Positions 38,567-47,504 of a stretch of DNA of 64,000 nucleotides are shown here, in pieces; within the stretch, counting starts at the first letter, position 1, and each line of letters starts with the position of its first letter. The stretch comes from a bacterium (GTDB taxonomy: Bacteria > Patescibacteriota > Patescibacteriia > UBA9934): contig JAQCKO010000005.1 in NCBI GenBank assembly GCA_027592325.1, positions 202 to 64,201 of the forward strand, in the 5' to 3' direction. The position numbers were made by a program, and so were the translations under genes. Below the pieces are notes generated by a model, which was not told the origin of the DNA, ran no database searches, and saw nothing but the letters and a program-made list of their open reading frames with translations.

Positions 38567-41557
38567 CTAAACGACAAAGTTCACCAGCTTGTCTGGGACA
38601 AAAATAACCTTCTTCACCTCCCCTTCAAGATACTTCGCCACATGTTCTTCCGCGCGTGCGGCTGCTTCTACCTTCGCTTGATTTGACCCAGCATCCATTT
38701 CAAGTGTTGCGCGTAATTTTCCATTCACCTGCACAGCGATGGTTACTACATCGTCTTTTGTAAGCTCCTCGCTGAATTCCGGCCAGCTGAGCGATTCTAA
38801 AATCTCGTTTCCACCGGTTTTTTCATAGAGCTCATTCGCCACATGCGGCGCAAATGGAACAAGCGTGCGCAAGAACGTATGAAGTGAATCTTTCGAAACC
38901 GATTTTGCCTTATGAAGCTCATTCACATAACTCATCATGGCTGCAACGGCGGTATTGAATGACATTGATTCAATATCAGTGTTGACTTTTTTGAGCATTT
39001 TGTGAAGGGCCGAAGTCAGCTCTTTCGATGCATCATTCGCGATGAATTCCTCAAGGCGCATTACGCGGTCTAAAAATCGCTTTACTCCCATTACCCCATT
39101 TTCACTCCAAGGCGCCGGCTCGGAGAATGGCCCCAAGAAAAGCTCGTACATGCGAAGCGTATCAGCCCCAAAATTCGTGACGATGTCATCAGGATTCACC
39201 ACATTCCCCTTGCTCTTGCTCATTTTCGATCCATCCTCAGCAAGAATAAGCCCGTGACTTCGGCGCGAATGATACGGTTCAGAAACCGGCACATGCCCGC
39301 GATCATGCAGGAATTTATTCCAGAAGCGTGAGTACAAAAGGTGAAGCGTTGTATGCTCCATTCCGCCATTATAAAGATTCACCGGCATCCAGTACTTGAG
39401 CGCCTCTTCACTCGCAAATGCCTCGCTATTGTGCGGATCGGTATAGCGAAGGAAATACCAGCTGGATCCTGCCCAGTTTGGCATGGTATCGGTTTCGCGC
39501 TTCGCTGGACCACCACAAGACGGACATTCGGTATTCACCCAGTCATTAATCGCTGCGAGCGGTGATTCTCCATCATCGGTTGGAAGATATGCATCAATTT
39601 CAGGAAGCACAACCGGTAGCTGGTCGTCAGGAATCGGCACCCAATCACACGCTTCACAGTGAACAAGAGGAATCGGCTCTCCCCAGTAGCGCTGGCGCGA
39701 GAATACCCAATCCCGAAGCTTATACGTCGTCGCCTTTTCTCCTTTGCCAAGCTCTTCGAGCTTGCTGGTAATCCCAGCAATACCTTCTGCGACCGTCATA
39801 CGATCGAATGCACCCGAGTTCACAAGTTTGCCGTCTTTTGCAATAAAGGCTTCATGATCAAGATTAGCCTCATCACCATCAACCACCTGCTTCACCGGCA
39901 AATCATATTTCTTCGCAAAGGCAAAGTCGCGCTCATCATGCGCAGGAACGGCCATCACCGCGCCAGTTCCATAATTCATGAGCACATAATCGGCAACCCA
40001 AATTGGCACATATTCCCCAGTAAGAGGATGCTTGGCATAGGCCCCAGTGAATACGCCGGTTTTTTCTTTCGCGGCATCGCCACGCTCGATATCGGTTTTC
40101 TTTGCCGATGCTTCAATATACGTCTCAACATCCGCGCTCTGCTCATCCGTCGCAAGCTGAAGCGCAAGCGGATGTTCTGGTGCGAGGACCATATAGGTGA
40201 CACCGTAAAGCGTATCAGGACGCGTGGTGAAGACTTCGATTGTCGGCTGAAGGGCATCAAGAAGCGCCACACGATAATCCTCAAGCTCGACGCGGGTTTC
40301 TTCCTCCGTCTGCTCCTTGGGGTACTTTCCAGTTTTTCTATTGATATACAACGAACGAATAGGGAAAAATTCATCCACTGGTTCATGCACCTTGGTCGAC
40401 AGCTGAATGGGTCGCTTACATTCTGTCACCTTTTCTGTTCCATCAGGAAAAATACAAACAAAGACATCATGCCAATGTCCCTCAATAACACCGCCACGCG
40501 CTTCGGCAAGCCCTTTGTAATGCGCGAGCATACGATCGGCAATTTCTCGCTGCGAAAGCGCTGCCTCCTCTTCCTCGGTGACAACGCTCCTTCGCACTTC
40601 AGCCGGGTCCATATCAACCCCTTCGAGTACAAAGGCGGAGTCCATCCCGAGCACCGGAACATCTACATTTCCAGCGTACACCTGTGCCTTCATGCGTGCA
40701 TTTTCAACTAAATCACTTCCCTCATTCACCTCATGCGAATGCATCCCATAATCAACTGCCTCGCGAAGCGCAATATTGCTCCCCTCGCAAACAAAACGAT
40801 TCCGCTCGAGCTTTGCCTCATTTCCCGTCGCCACGAGAACTTCCCGTACCTCACCAAGATCAAATCGAATTTTTGCTCCTTCACTACGCCCAATCCAGTC
40901 TACCTGCTGCTTGGCAATTTTCGGAAGAAAATCGACGGTTTCAAGATCATCAATAAGCCGATCGGCAAATTTAGTAATCGCAATCATCCACTGTTCTTTT
41001 TCGCGCATTTCAACCTCTCCCCCGCAACGTTCGCACGCAGCATTCACCACCTCTTCATTTGCAAGCCCAATTTTGCATGACGTACACCAATTAATCGCTA
41101 TCGTATCTTTATACGCGAGCCCAGCTTTGAAGAACTCTAAAAATTGCCACTGCGTCCATTTGTAATACGCGGGGTCGGTGGTATTCACTTCGCGCGACCA
41201 ATCGAACGAAAGTCCGAGACTTTTGAGCTGACGCCGGAAATTATCGATATTCTCCTTAGTCACGTCTTGCGGCTTCCGGCCCGTTTTGATGGCATAATTC
41301 TCGGTTGGAAGACCAAAGGCATCCCATCCGATTGGATAGAGCACATTATATCCCTCCATGCGGCGCTTACGCGCGATCACGTCAAGCGCGGTATAGCTGC
41401 GCGGATGCCCAACGTGAAGACCTGCTCCAGATGGGAATGGAAATTCAACCAGCAAATAATACGGGTCTTTTTTCGAATCGTTCTTAGCTTCGAAGATTTT
41501 TGCCTCTTCCCAAGTTTTTTGCCATTTTTTATCAATATCGCTGTGATTGTAGCTCAT
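38567..41557 (-). CDS. leuS: leucyl-tRNA synthetase with an inserted Ham1/ITPase-like domain
   Basis: LHVGH, FTTRPDT, GTGAVMAVPAHDERD, SRQRYWG, KMSKS; ~200-aa insert with ATGNEAK and ENARMKA. Confidence 0.96.
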   Translation of the reverse strand: MSYNHSDIDKKWQKTWEEAKIFEAKNDSKKDPYYLLVEFPFPSGAGLHVGHPRSYTALDVIARKRRMEGYNVLYPIGWDAFGLPTENYAIKTGRKPQDVTKENIDNFRRQLKSLGLSFDWSREVNTTDPAYYKWTQWQFLEFFKAGLAYKDTIAINWCTSCKIGLANEEVVNAACERCGGEVEMREKEQWMIAITKFADRLIDDLETVDFLPKIAKQQVDWIGRSEGAKIRFDLGEVREVLVATGNEAKLERNRFVCEGSNIALREAVDYGMHSHEVNEGSDLVENARMKAQVYAGNVDVPVLGMDSAFVLEGVDMDPAEVRRSVVTEEEEAALSQREIADRMLAHYKGLAEARGGVIEGHWHDVFVCIFPDGTEKVTECKRPIQLSTKVHEPVDEFFPIRSLYINRKTGKYPKEQTEEETRVELEDYRVALLDALQPTIEVFTTRPDTLYGVTYMVLAPEHPLALQLATDEQSADVETYIEASAKKTDIERGDAAKEKTGVFTGAYAKHPLTGEYVPIWVADYVLMNYGTGAVMAVPAHDERDFAFAKKYDLPVKQVVDGDEANLDHEAFIAKDGKLVNSGAFDRMTVAEGIAGITSKLEELGKGEKATTYKLRDWVFSRQRYWGEPIPLVHCEACDWVPIPDDQLPVVLPEIDAYLPTDDGESPLAAINDWVNTECPSCGGPAKRETDTMPNWAGSSWYFLRYTDPHNSEAFASEEALKYWMPVNLYNGGMEHTTLHLLYSRFWNKFLHDRGHVPVSEPYHSRRSHGLILAEDGSKMSKSKGNVVNPDDIVTNFGADTLRMYELFLGPFSEPAPWSENGVMGVKRFLDRVMRLEEFIANDASKELTSALHKMLKKVNTDIESMSFNTAVAAMMSYVNELHKAKSVSKDSLHTFLRTLVPFAPHVANELYEKTGGNEILESLSWPEFSEELTKDDVVTIAVQVNGKLRATLEMDAGSNQAKVEAAARAEEHVAKYLEGEVKKVIFVPDKLVNFVV

Positions 41558-41703
41558 ACTTCTGCTCAAATAAGATAGCGCTACTGTAGCGCGCTCATTG
41601 ACGTTCTGTAAAGGATTTCGCACCCTTTCTTTCGCAAAGGAGGTGCCCATGCGGTACTTGAACCCAAGGAATGTCCTTGAGGACTTTCCCATATGGCTGA
41701 TCG

Positions 41704-42090
41704 ATGAATGGGGGATTGCTCATCATTGTTATCGCAATTGCCCTCATCGCATATAATTTCGCGATGCTGAAGTATTCAAAGATTGAACGCAGGTTCAACC
41801 TTCAGGCGCACCGGTGCTTTCGTACTGGTGTCGTCACGCTCCCGTTCACGGTAGACATGTTCATGCTCGCCTTGTGGAGCATCGCGCGCCGTATGGTGAC
41901 GCGCATCTTGCCGCCTAGCAGTAGCTGGGCGGCTTTTCTTTTGTGGCGTGAGCAGCGAATCCATATTGGATCGGGGCCTTCCAGGTTCCGCAATAAGCTT
42001 CATCTAGCGCTACACTTGCATTCCATGCAAGGACGCGTCCAAGACGTATCGATTACTCTACGGAGTACTCAGTGTTCATATATGACTTGA
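41704..42090 (+). CDS. possible membrane hypothetical protein
   Basis: Hydrophobic N-terminus only; weak support. Confidence 0.3.
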   Translation: MNGGLLIIVIAIALIAYNFAMLKYSKIERRFNLQAHRCFRTGVVTLPFTVDMFMLALWSIARRMVTRILPPSSSWAAFLLWREQRIHIGSGPSRFRNKLHLALHLHSMQGRVQDVSITLRSTQCSYMT

Positions 42091-42283
42091 CGTGTTTTTC
42101 TCTGGCGTATAGGCTTCTTGCAGATATGTACGCATTTGTATATACAAACTGGTTTTTCCACCGTGCTCGATTTTATCGAGCAACTTGAGGTTATCCGCGC
42201 ACATATCTTTAAAAGACCAATTGATATTTGCCCGGATAGGGCATTTTTTCATTCTATGAGACAGCAATCACCACAATATTGGC

Positions 42284-43561
42284 ATGGCTTTCGACGTTCT
42301 TTTAGGCGCCGGTAGCTTAGTTTTTGAGATGAATGTCGAAAAACGAGCTGCTAAGGCTCGTTTTTCTTCGGTCATGGTCCATGGGAATTCTCCGATGGAC
42401 CAACTCGCAGACAAGGGAGCAATCATGCCATTTTGTGTGACGCATAGGCCAGATCTTTCCATCGATGATCTGCTGCAGCTTATGAGGTCTGGAAAGCCCG
42501 TCTACAAGACGCCACATGCAGGAAATTTCTACCCGAATAACCTTGCACTTGCTGCGCTTGGCATTCCTATGAAGCTGGTTGACCACAATCGTGGAGAAAA
42601 GGATAAAAACTTTCATCCGCATGTGGTGGTCATGAATGGTGCGCAGTATGAAGTGGCTAACCCAACCTTACTTTCCGCAGGAGCAGCCCTTCTAACGGTA
42701 CCGGAATCATTGCGCGGGTACGCGCTTCCTGGCGATACGGCAGCCGAATTCCACTACCGAACGTTACGCGCAGCGATTCCAACCATGGACGGAGAACTGT
42801 GGTCACGTTCCGTCGGTAGGCGTGGTGGACCGATGTACGAACTCTGCGCCATTGTCGCAGAAATCGCGCCACAGCTCTTCACGCGCTACATGCATGAAGA
42901 TGGATCTACACGCCTCGTCACAGCGCGTGAGGCGAGGCTGCTGATCGCGAACGAGCATATTCAAGGGCTGCGTGGGAACCGAGAAGGTGTCGTCATCCCG
43001 AATGTCGTCTGTATTCTCGCGGACGGACTCGTAGATACCTACCTGTACCGCACCGAGGAAGTCTACAGCCTTTCGGGACCCGACATGTTCAGATACATCA
43101 AGCACATGCAAGATCAGCTTGATATGCTATTCGCAGCAGCTCAGGATAGGGTCAGCTGGAATGTACCTGAAACGATCACCATGAATATGGTGAATGTGAG
43201 CCCAATGAGGTTCACTGTACCAAGGCGTAGACAAGCAGCCCTCGATGCCGTCATGAACGCCTACCTTTCTGTCATCGCCGCTGACAGTCAGTGGAATCAG
43301 ATCATGCGGGAGGCAAATCCAGCGTCACGGCGAGCGCTCGCCGCTAGCCGAAAGGCAGAACGCGCCGTGCTCATTGTGGCACTGAGGGAAGCGCTTCAAG
43401 GCTGCTCCGAAATCCTCTACCGCATTGAGGATGGTGTATTCACGAGCCAATACGATCTTCTGAGGACGGGTGACGAAATGTACATCCATCCCTGGGCGAT
43501 GACGGCTTCCATGCGAGATATTGAAAAAGCATCGACTTTCATGATGAAGTTGATGCATTAA
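42284..43561 (+). CDS. hypothetical protein with HxGN motif (start uncertain, may be ~42395 or 42425)
   Basis: Long ORF of 425 codons; YKTPHAGNFY; GC hairpin at 43565-43586 downstream. Confidence 0.8.
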   Translation: MAFDVLLGAGSLVFEMNVEKRAAKARFSSVMVHGNSPMDQLADKGAIMPFCVTHRPDLSIDDLLQLMRSGKPVYKTPHAGNFYPNNLALAALGIPMKLVDHNRGEKDKNFHPHVVVMNGAQYEVANPTLLSAGAALLTVPESLRGYALPGDTAAEFHYRTLRAAIPTMDGELWSRSVGRRGGPMYELCAIVAEIAPQLFTRYMHEDGSTRLVTAREARLLIANEHIQGLRGNREGVVIPNVVCILADGLVDTYLYRTEEVYSLSGPDMFRYIKHMQDQLDMLFAAAQDRVSWNVPETITMNMVNVSPMRFTVPRRRQAALDAVMNAYLSVIAADSQWNQIMREANPASRRALAASRKAERAVLIVALREALQGCSEILYRIEDGVFTSQYDLLRTGDEMYIHPWAMTASMRDIEKASTFMMKLMH

Positions 43562-43594
43562 CCTCCGGCGCCAAACGGGCGCCGGCCCCCTTCT

Positions 43595-44536
43595 ATGCTT
43601 CCGATTATCGATTTACACCAAGACCTTCTCTCACATCTCAAATACAGAGCAAAGCTCGGTCAACATGATCAGTCGAGTTTTGAAATGGCTGCAGAAGCAA
43701 ATATTCGCTGTCTTATTGCAACCGCCTTTCCTCTTCCACCAAGGAATAATTTCTATGATCCAATAACAAATCAACAAATTGAAGAAGAGCTCGCGGAATA
43801 TCAACACTATTGCAAAAAATCAGAGGTATGGAATCTTATTCGCAACAAGAGCGATTTCGAGCAGGCGCTTCAAGGACCAAAACGCGGGATTATTTCGCAT
43901 ATCGAAGGGATTCATGTGCTAACTCGTCCTATCGATGAATTGCTTTCCGACTGGTATGCGCTAGGACTCCGTTCACTTGGACCAGTTTGGAATTTGGAAA
44001 CACCGCTTGGCGGAGGAACACATGCGGATGGAATTGGACTTACAGAAGATGGAGAAAAAGCGATTCGATTTGCTGAAACAAACGGGATGATTCTTGACTT
44101 CGCTCATATGAATCAAGAAACATTTTTTGATACTGTCGCTATTTGGAGCGGCCCCATCTATATCAGTCATGGAAATTGTTCCGCGATTTGTATGAATAAG
44201 CGAAATTACTCTGATGCACAATTGCAAATCATCAAAGAACGTGATGGGGTCATAGGGCTCTTTCTTGCCGCAAAATATGTCGATGCTTCTGGCAAAGCTG
44301 AAATTTATGATGTAATTCGTCATGCAAAACACATGAAACAAATGATTGGTGCAGAGCATATCGCTATTGGCAGTGACTTTGGCGGCATCTTGAGTGGATG
44401 TGTCAATGGACTTCGATCTGTTCTCGATCTGCCATTTTTGCTTGAACAATTCAAGCTTCATGGATTCACTGAGGAAGAGGTTGAAGGCATTGCCTATAAA
44501 AATGCTGCTCGTGTTATACGAAAAATGCTCAAATAA
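43595..44536 (+). CDS. membrane dipeptidase family (peptidase M19)
   Basis: IIDLHQD, HIEG, LDFAH, SHGN, IGSDFGG. Confidence 0.92.
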   Translation: MLPIIDLHQDLLSHLKYRAKLGQHDQSSFEMAAEANIRCLIATAFPLPPRNNFYDPITNQQIEEELAEYQHYCKKSEVWNLIRNKSDFEQALQGPKRGIISHIEGIHVLTRPIDELLSDWYALGLRSLGPVWNLETPLGGGTHADGIGLTEDGEKAIRFAETNGMILDFAHMNQETFFDTVAIWSGPIYISHGNCSAICMNKRNYSDAQLQIIKERDGVIGLFLAAKYVDASGKAEIYDVIRHAKHMKQMIGAEHIAIGSDFGGILSGCVNGLRSVLDLPFLLEQFKLHGFTEEEVEGIAYKNAARVIRKMLK

Positions 44537-44562
44537 AAATGAGCCTCAGCCGAGGCTCATTT

Positions 44563-45762
44563 TTATTTCTTCGCTTCGTGTAGCCGCTCGAGAGCAAGAA
44601 CAAATGCCGCTTTTCTAAGATCCACGCCATACTTCTCACTACGTTCATACACCGCGTCTGCCGCTTTTTGCATCAGATCCTGAAGCTTTTCATCAACATC
44701 TTTCGCACTCCATCGCTCTTCTTTCATATTCTGATCCCATTCAAAATAACTCACGGTGACACCGCCCGAATTCGCAAGCACATCTGGCACCACATGTATC
44801 CCCCGATCAAAAAATATGTCATCTGCCTCTGGTGTTGTTGGCCCATTTGCCAGTTCGAGGATCATTTTTGCCTTCACGTCCCTCGCATTTTCCACCGTGA
44901 GGACATTTTCTAGCGCTGCCGGCACAAGAAGATCACATTCGAGCGCGAGGAGCTGCTGATTTGAGATATTCTCTGCACATTCAAAATCTTGTACCAAGCC
45001 TGTTGCATCTTTGTGTATCCCAACCGCAGCAATATCGAGTCCATCTGCCTGCATAATCGCTCCGCGTGAGTCAGAAACGGCAAGGACTTTGAGGCCATTC
45101 TTCGCACAAATCTCGGCAAACATACGCCCAGCATTTCCAAAGCCTTGAATCACCACCGTCTTGATTGGGGCGTCGAGGAGCGTTTCGGTAAGCGCGTTCA
45201 ACACATAATATCCCCCCATTGCTGTTGCCGTGCTGCGTCCTTCACTCCCGCCCGCCTCAATGGGCTTCCCTGTCACGACGGCTGGATGCCCAAATTCATC
45301 GGCAATCCAGGCCATTTCACGTGGTGAAGTATTCACATCAGGAGCAGGAACATCAATTTCTGGCCCGATCACGCCGCGCATCGCCTTGGTCCAGCTGCGC
45401 GTAAGACGCTCGATCTCCGCCTCGGAAAGCTCTTTTGGATTCACCGTCACGCCCCCTTTTCCGCCGCCCATAGGAATCCCGGCAACAGCCGTTTTAACAC
45501 TCATCCACGTCGCAAGCGCACGCACCTCGTCAAGATCAACTGCCTGGTGATAGCGAATGCCGCCTTTAAATGGACCGCGCCAGTCATTATGCTGAACACG
45601 ATACCCTTCGATCATGAGTAAGGATTCATCATCACGAATAAGCGGTAAATTCACCTTCACCTCACGCATTGGATGACGAAGGAGTTCAACCGTTTCTTCT
45701 TGAATGCCAGCGATTTCTGCTGCGCGGGAAATTTGTTTGAGAGCGTTATTGAAGGCGGACAT
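44563..45762 (-). CDS. gdhA: Glu/Leu/Phe/Val dehydrogenase
   Basis: GPFKGGIRYH, GGGKGG, DVPAPDV, QGFGNAG, ANGP, NSGGVTVSYFEW. Confidence 0.94.
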   Translation of the reverse strand: MSAFNNALKQISRAAEIAGIQEETVELLRHPMREVKVNLPLIRDDESLLMIEGYRVQHNDWRGPFKGGIRYHQAVDLDEVRALATWMSVKTAVAGIPMGGGKGGVTVNPKELSEAEIERLTRSWTKAMRGVIGPEIDVPAPDVNTSPREMAWIADEFGHPAVVTGKPIEAGGSEGRSTATAMGGYYVLNALTETLLDAPIKTVVIQGFGNAGRMFAEICAKNGLKVLAVSDSRGAIMQADGLDIAAVGIHKDATGLVQDFECAENISNQQLLALECDLLVPAALENVLTVENARDVKAKMILELANGPTTPEADDIFFDRGIHVVPDVLANSGGVTVSYFEWDQNMKEERWSAKDVDEKLQDLMQKAADAVYERSEKYGVDLRKAAFVLALERLHEAKK

Positions 45763-45766
45763 AGGG

Positions 45767-45808
45767 GGAGTTAGGAATTTGGAGTTGGGAGTTGGGGTTT
45801 GTGGGTCA
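45767..45808. repeat. degenerate tandem heptamers (GGAGTTG)
   Basis: GGAGTTA GGAATTT GGAGTTG GGAGTTG GGGTTTG. Confidence 0.7.
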
Positions 45809-45830
45809 GGTCCAGGTTGGAGTTTCATTA

Positions 45831-45900
45831 CGGTGTACTTGCTGGTACATGAACGAGCAACGCACATTTAAGCCTGCAAATGCGGTGAGCCGTGACGTTT
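45831..45900. repeat. half copy of the ~110-nt element next to the trxB stop
   Basis: GTACTTGCTGGTACATGAACGAGC...AAGCCTGCAAATGCGGTGAGCCGTG; matches 47437-47503. Confidence 0.7.
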
Positions 45901-45902
45901 TC

Positions 45903-46832
45903 CTACTCCTCATGCGCCAAAAAGCGCTCCGCCTCTAAAGCCGCCATGCAGCCAGTTCCTGCTGCTGTCACCGCTTGACGATAGTGCGGATCCATCACAT
46001 CACCGGCGACAAAAAGACCTTCAATATTCGTCCTCGTTGAATCTGGCGCATGCTTTGCATACCCCCGCTCATCAAGTTCAATCACGTCTTTCACTAAATC
46101 GACATTCGGCTTATGCCCAATCGCCACAAAGAATCCATCGGTTTCTATTTCTGACTCTTCACCGGTTTCATTATTGAGAATCTTCACCTTTTCGAGTTTC
46201 TTCTCACCAATCAGCTCCTTCGCCTCAGTACGAAACAGGAAGGTAATTTTTGGATTATTCATCGCGCGGCTTAACATGATTTTCGATGCTTTCATATTCT
46301 CCTCATCACCGCGTACAAGAACAATCACTTCAGAAGCAAATTTTGTAATGAATATTGCTTCTTCCATGGCAGAATCGCCCGCCCCAACCACGACAACTTT
46401 TTTATCACGGAAGAAAAATCCATCACATGTAGCGCAAGCAGAAACACCGCGGCCTTTCAGCTTTTCTTCCCCAGGAATACCAAGCCACCTTGCCGAAGCC
46501 CCCGTTGCAAGCACAATCGTCTTTGCCTGATACGTTTTACCTGTCGTTTTAATTGTATACGGGCGTGAGCTAAAATCAATTTCTTCAACAAATGCCCCAA
46601 CCATTTCTGTACCAAACCGCTCCGCTTGTTTTTTGAATTTCTCCATGAGCTCAGGCCCCATAATCCCCGCTTCTTCCCCTGGCCAATTTTCGACATCTGA
46701 TGTTGTCATGAGCTGACCGCCTGGTTCTTTTCCTGAAAATAAGATTGGTTTTAAATCTGCGCGCGACGCATAAATCGCCGCAGTGTATCCCGCTGGGCCT
46801 GATCCAATAATGGCAATATCTCGAATATCCAT
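45903..46832 (-). CDS. trxB: thioredoxin reductase
   Basis: GSGPAG, CATCDG, YRQAVTAAG. Confidence 0.97.
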   Translation of the reverse strand: MDIRDIAIIGSGPAGYTAAIYASRADLKPILFSGKEPGGQLMTTSDVENWPGEEAGIMGPELMEKFKKQAERFGTEMVGAFVEEIDFSSRPYTIKTTGKTYQAKTIVLATGASARWLGIPGEEKLKGRGVSACATCDGFFFRDKKVVVVGAGDSAMEEAIFITKFASEVIVLVRGDEENMKASKIMLSRAMNNPKITFLFRTEAKELIGEKKLEKVKILNNETGEESEIETDGFFVAIGHKPNVDLVKDVIELDERGYAKHAPDSTRTNIEGLFVAGDVMDPHYRQAVTAAGTGCMAALEAERFLAHEE

Positions 46833-46833
46833 A

Positions 46834-47142
46834 TTACATGTGAGACTCAAGTCGCGCCTTTAGCTCCTCTGCTGTTTTTGTCCCAGAAAACCGATCAACT
46901 TCTTTCCCACCTTTGAAAATAAGAAATGTCGGAAGACTCATGATATTGTATTCACGAACAAGCGGTAAATGGTCATCAGCATTGACTTTTCCGATCGCAA
47001 CACCCTCCATTTCCTCTGCAAGCTGCTCGATGATCGGTCCCATCACCTTACAAGGTCCACACCACGGGGCATGAAAATCAATCAAAACAGGGGTTTCCGC
47101 TTGAAGAACAAATTGTTGAAATGTGTCATTTGTAAGATCCAT
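46834..47142 (-). CDS. trxA: thioredoxin
   Basis: WCGPC. Confidence 0.97.
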   Translation of the reverse strand: MDLTNDTFQQFVLQAETPVLIDFHAPWCGPCKVMGPIIEQLAEEMEGVAIGKVNADDHLPLVREYNIMSLPTFLIFKGGKEVDRFSGTKTAEELKARLESHM

Positions 47143-47423
47143 AGATTATTTCATGTTTTTAACGTTATAGCATAAGACGCTTGTACGATGTAGGGAAGGA
47201 TACAAAGTATCGTGATTCATGAATGAGGTGTATGGGTTAAGGTTTGGATCTCGATTAAAAGAATCCCCCGCATGTTTGCGAGGGGTTCTTTTTCGAGCTG
47301 AGCACCAGAGTTGTCAACGGATAGGTTATCGCTATTTTTGTGGAAAGTGAAGGTCTCTCTACCGTGGACCGACGGGGTTTCGACATGTCCCTCCGAAGCT
47401 CTGCAAGAGCGTAGGGAGAAAAA

Positions 47424-47503
47424 GCGAAGTGGGAAGCTGACTTTCTGGTACATTGAGCGAGCACCGCAGATTTAGCCTGCAAATGTAGTGAGCTGTGCCG
47501 TCT
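47424..47503. repeat. half copy of the ~110-nt element next to the infB stop
   Basis: ACTTTCTGGTACATTGAGCGAGCACCGCAGATTTAGCCTGCAAATGTAGTGAGCTGTG. Confidence 0.7.
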
Positions 47504-47504
47504 C

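Noticed and set aside
40246-40855. Intein in LeuRS
   Set aside because: No N-terminal Cys/Ser block A, no HN-C/S/T junction and no LAGLIDADG motif; the motifs are Ham1-like
42071-42267. Small ORFs between leuS and the 425-aa gene
   Set aside because: Short, no motif, conflicting frames; cannot be supported
45763-45867. Pro-rich N-terminal extension of Gdh
   Set aside because: Translation of the heptamer tract and repeat element; the real start is MSAF at 45762
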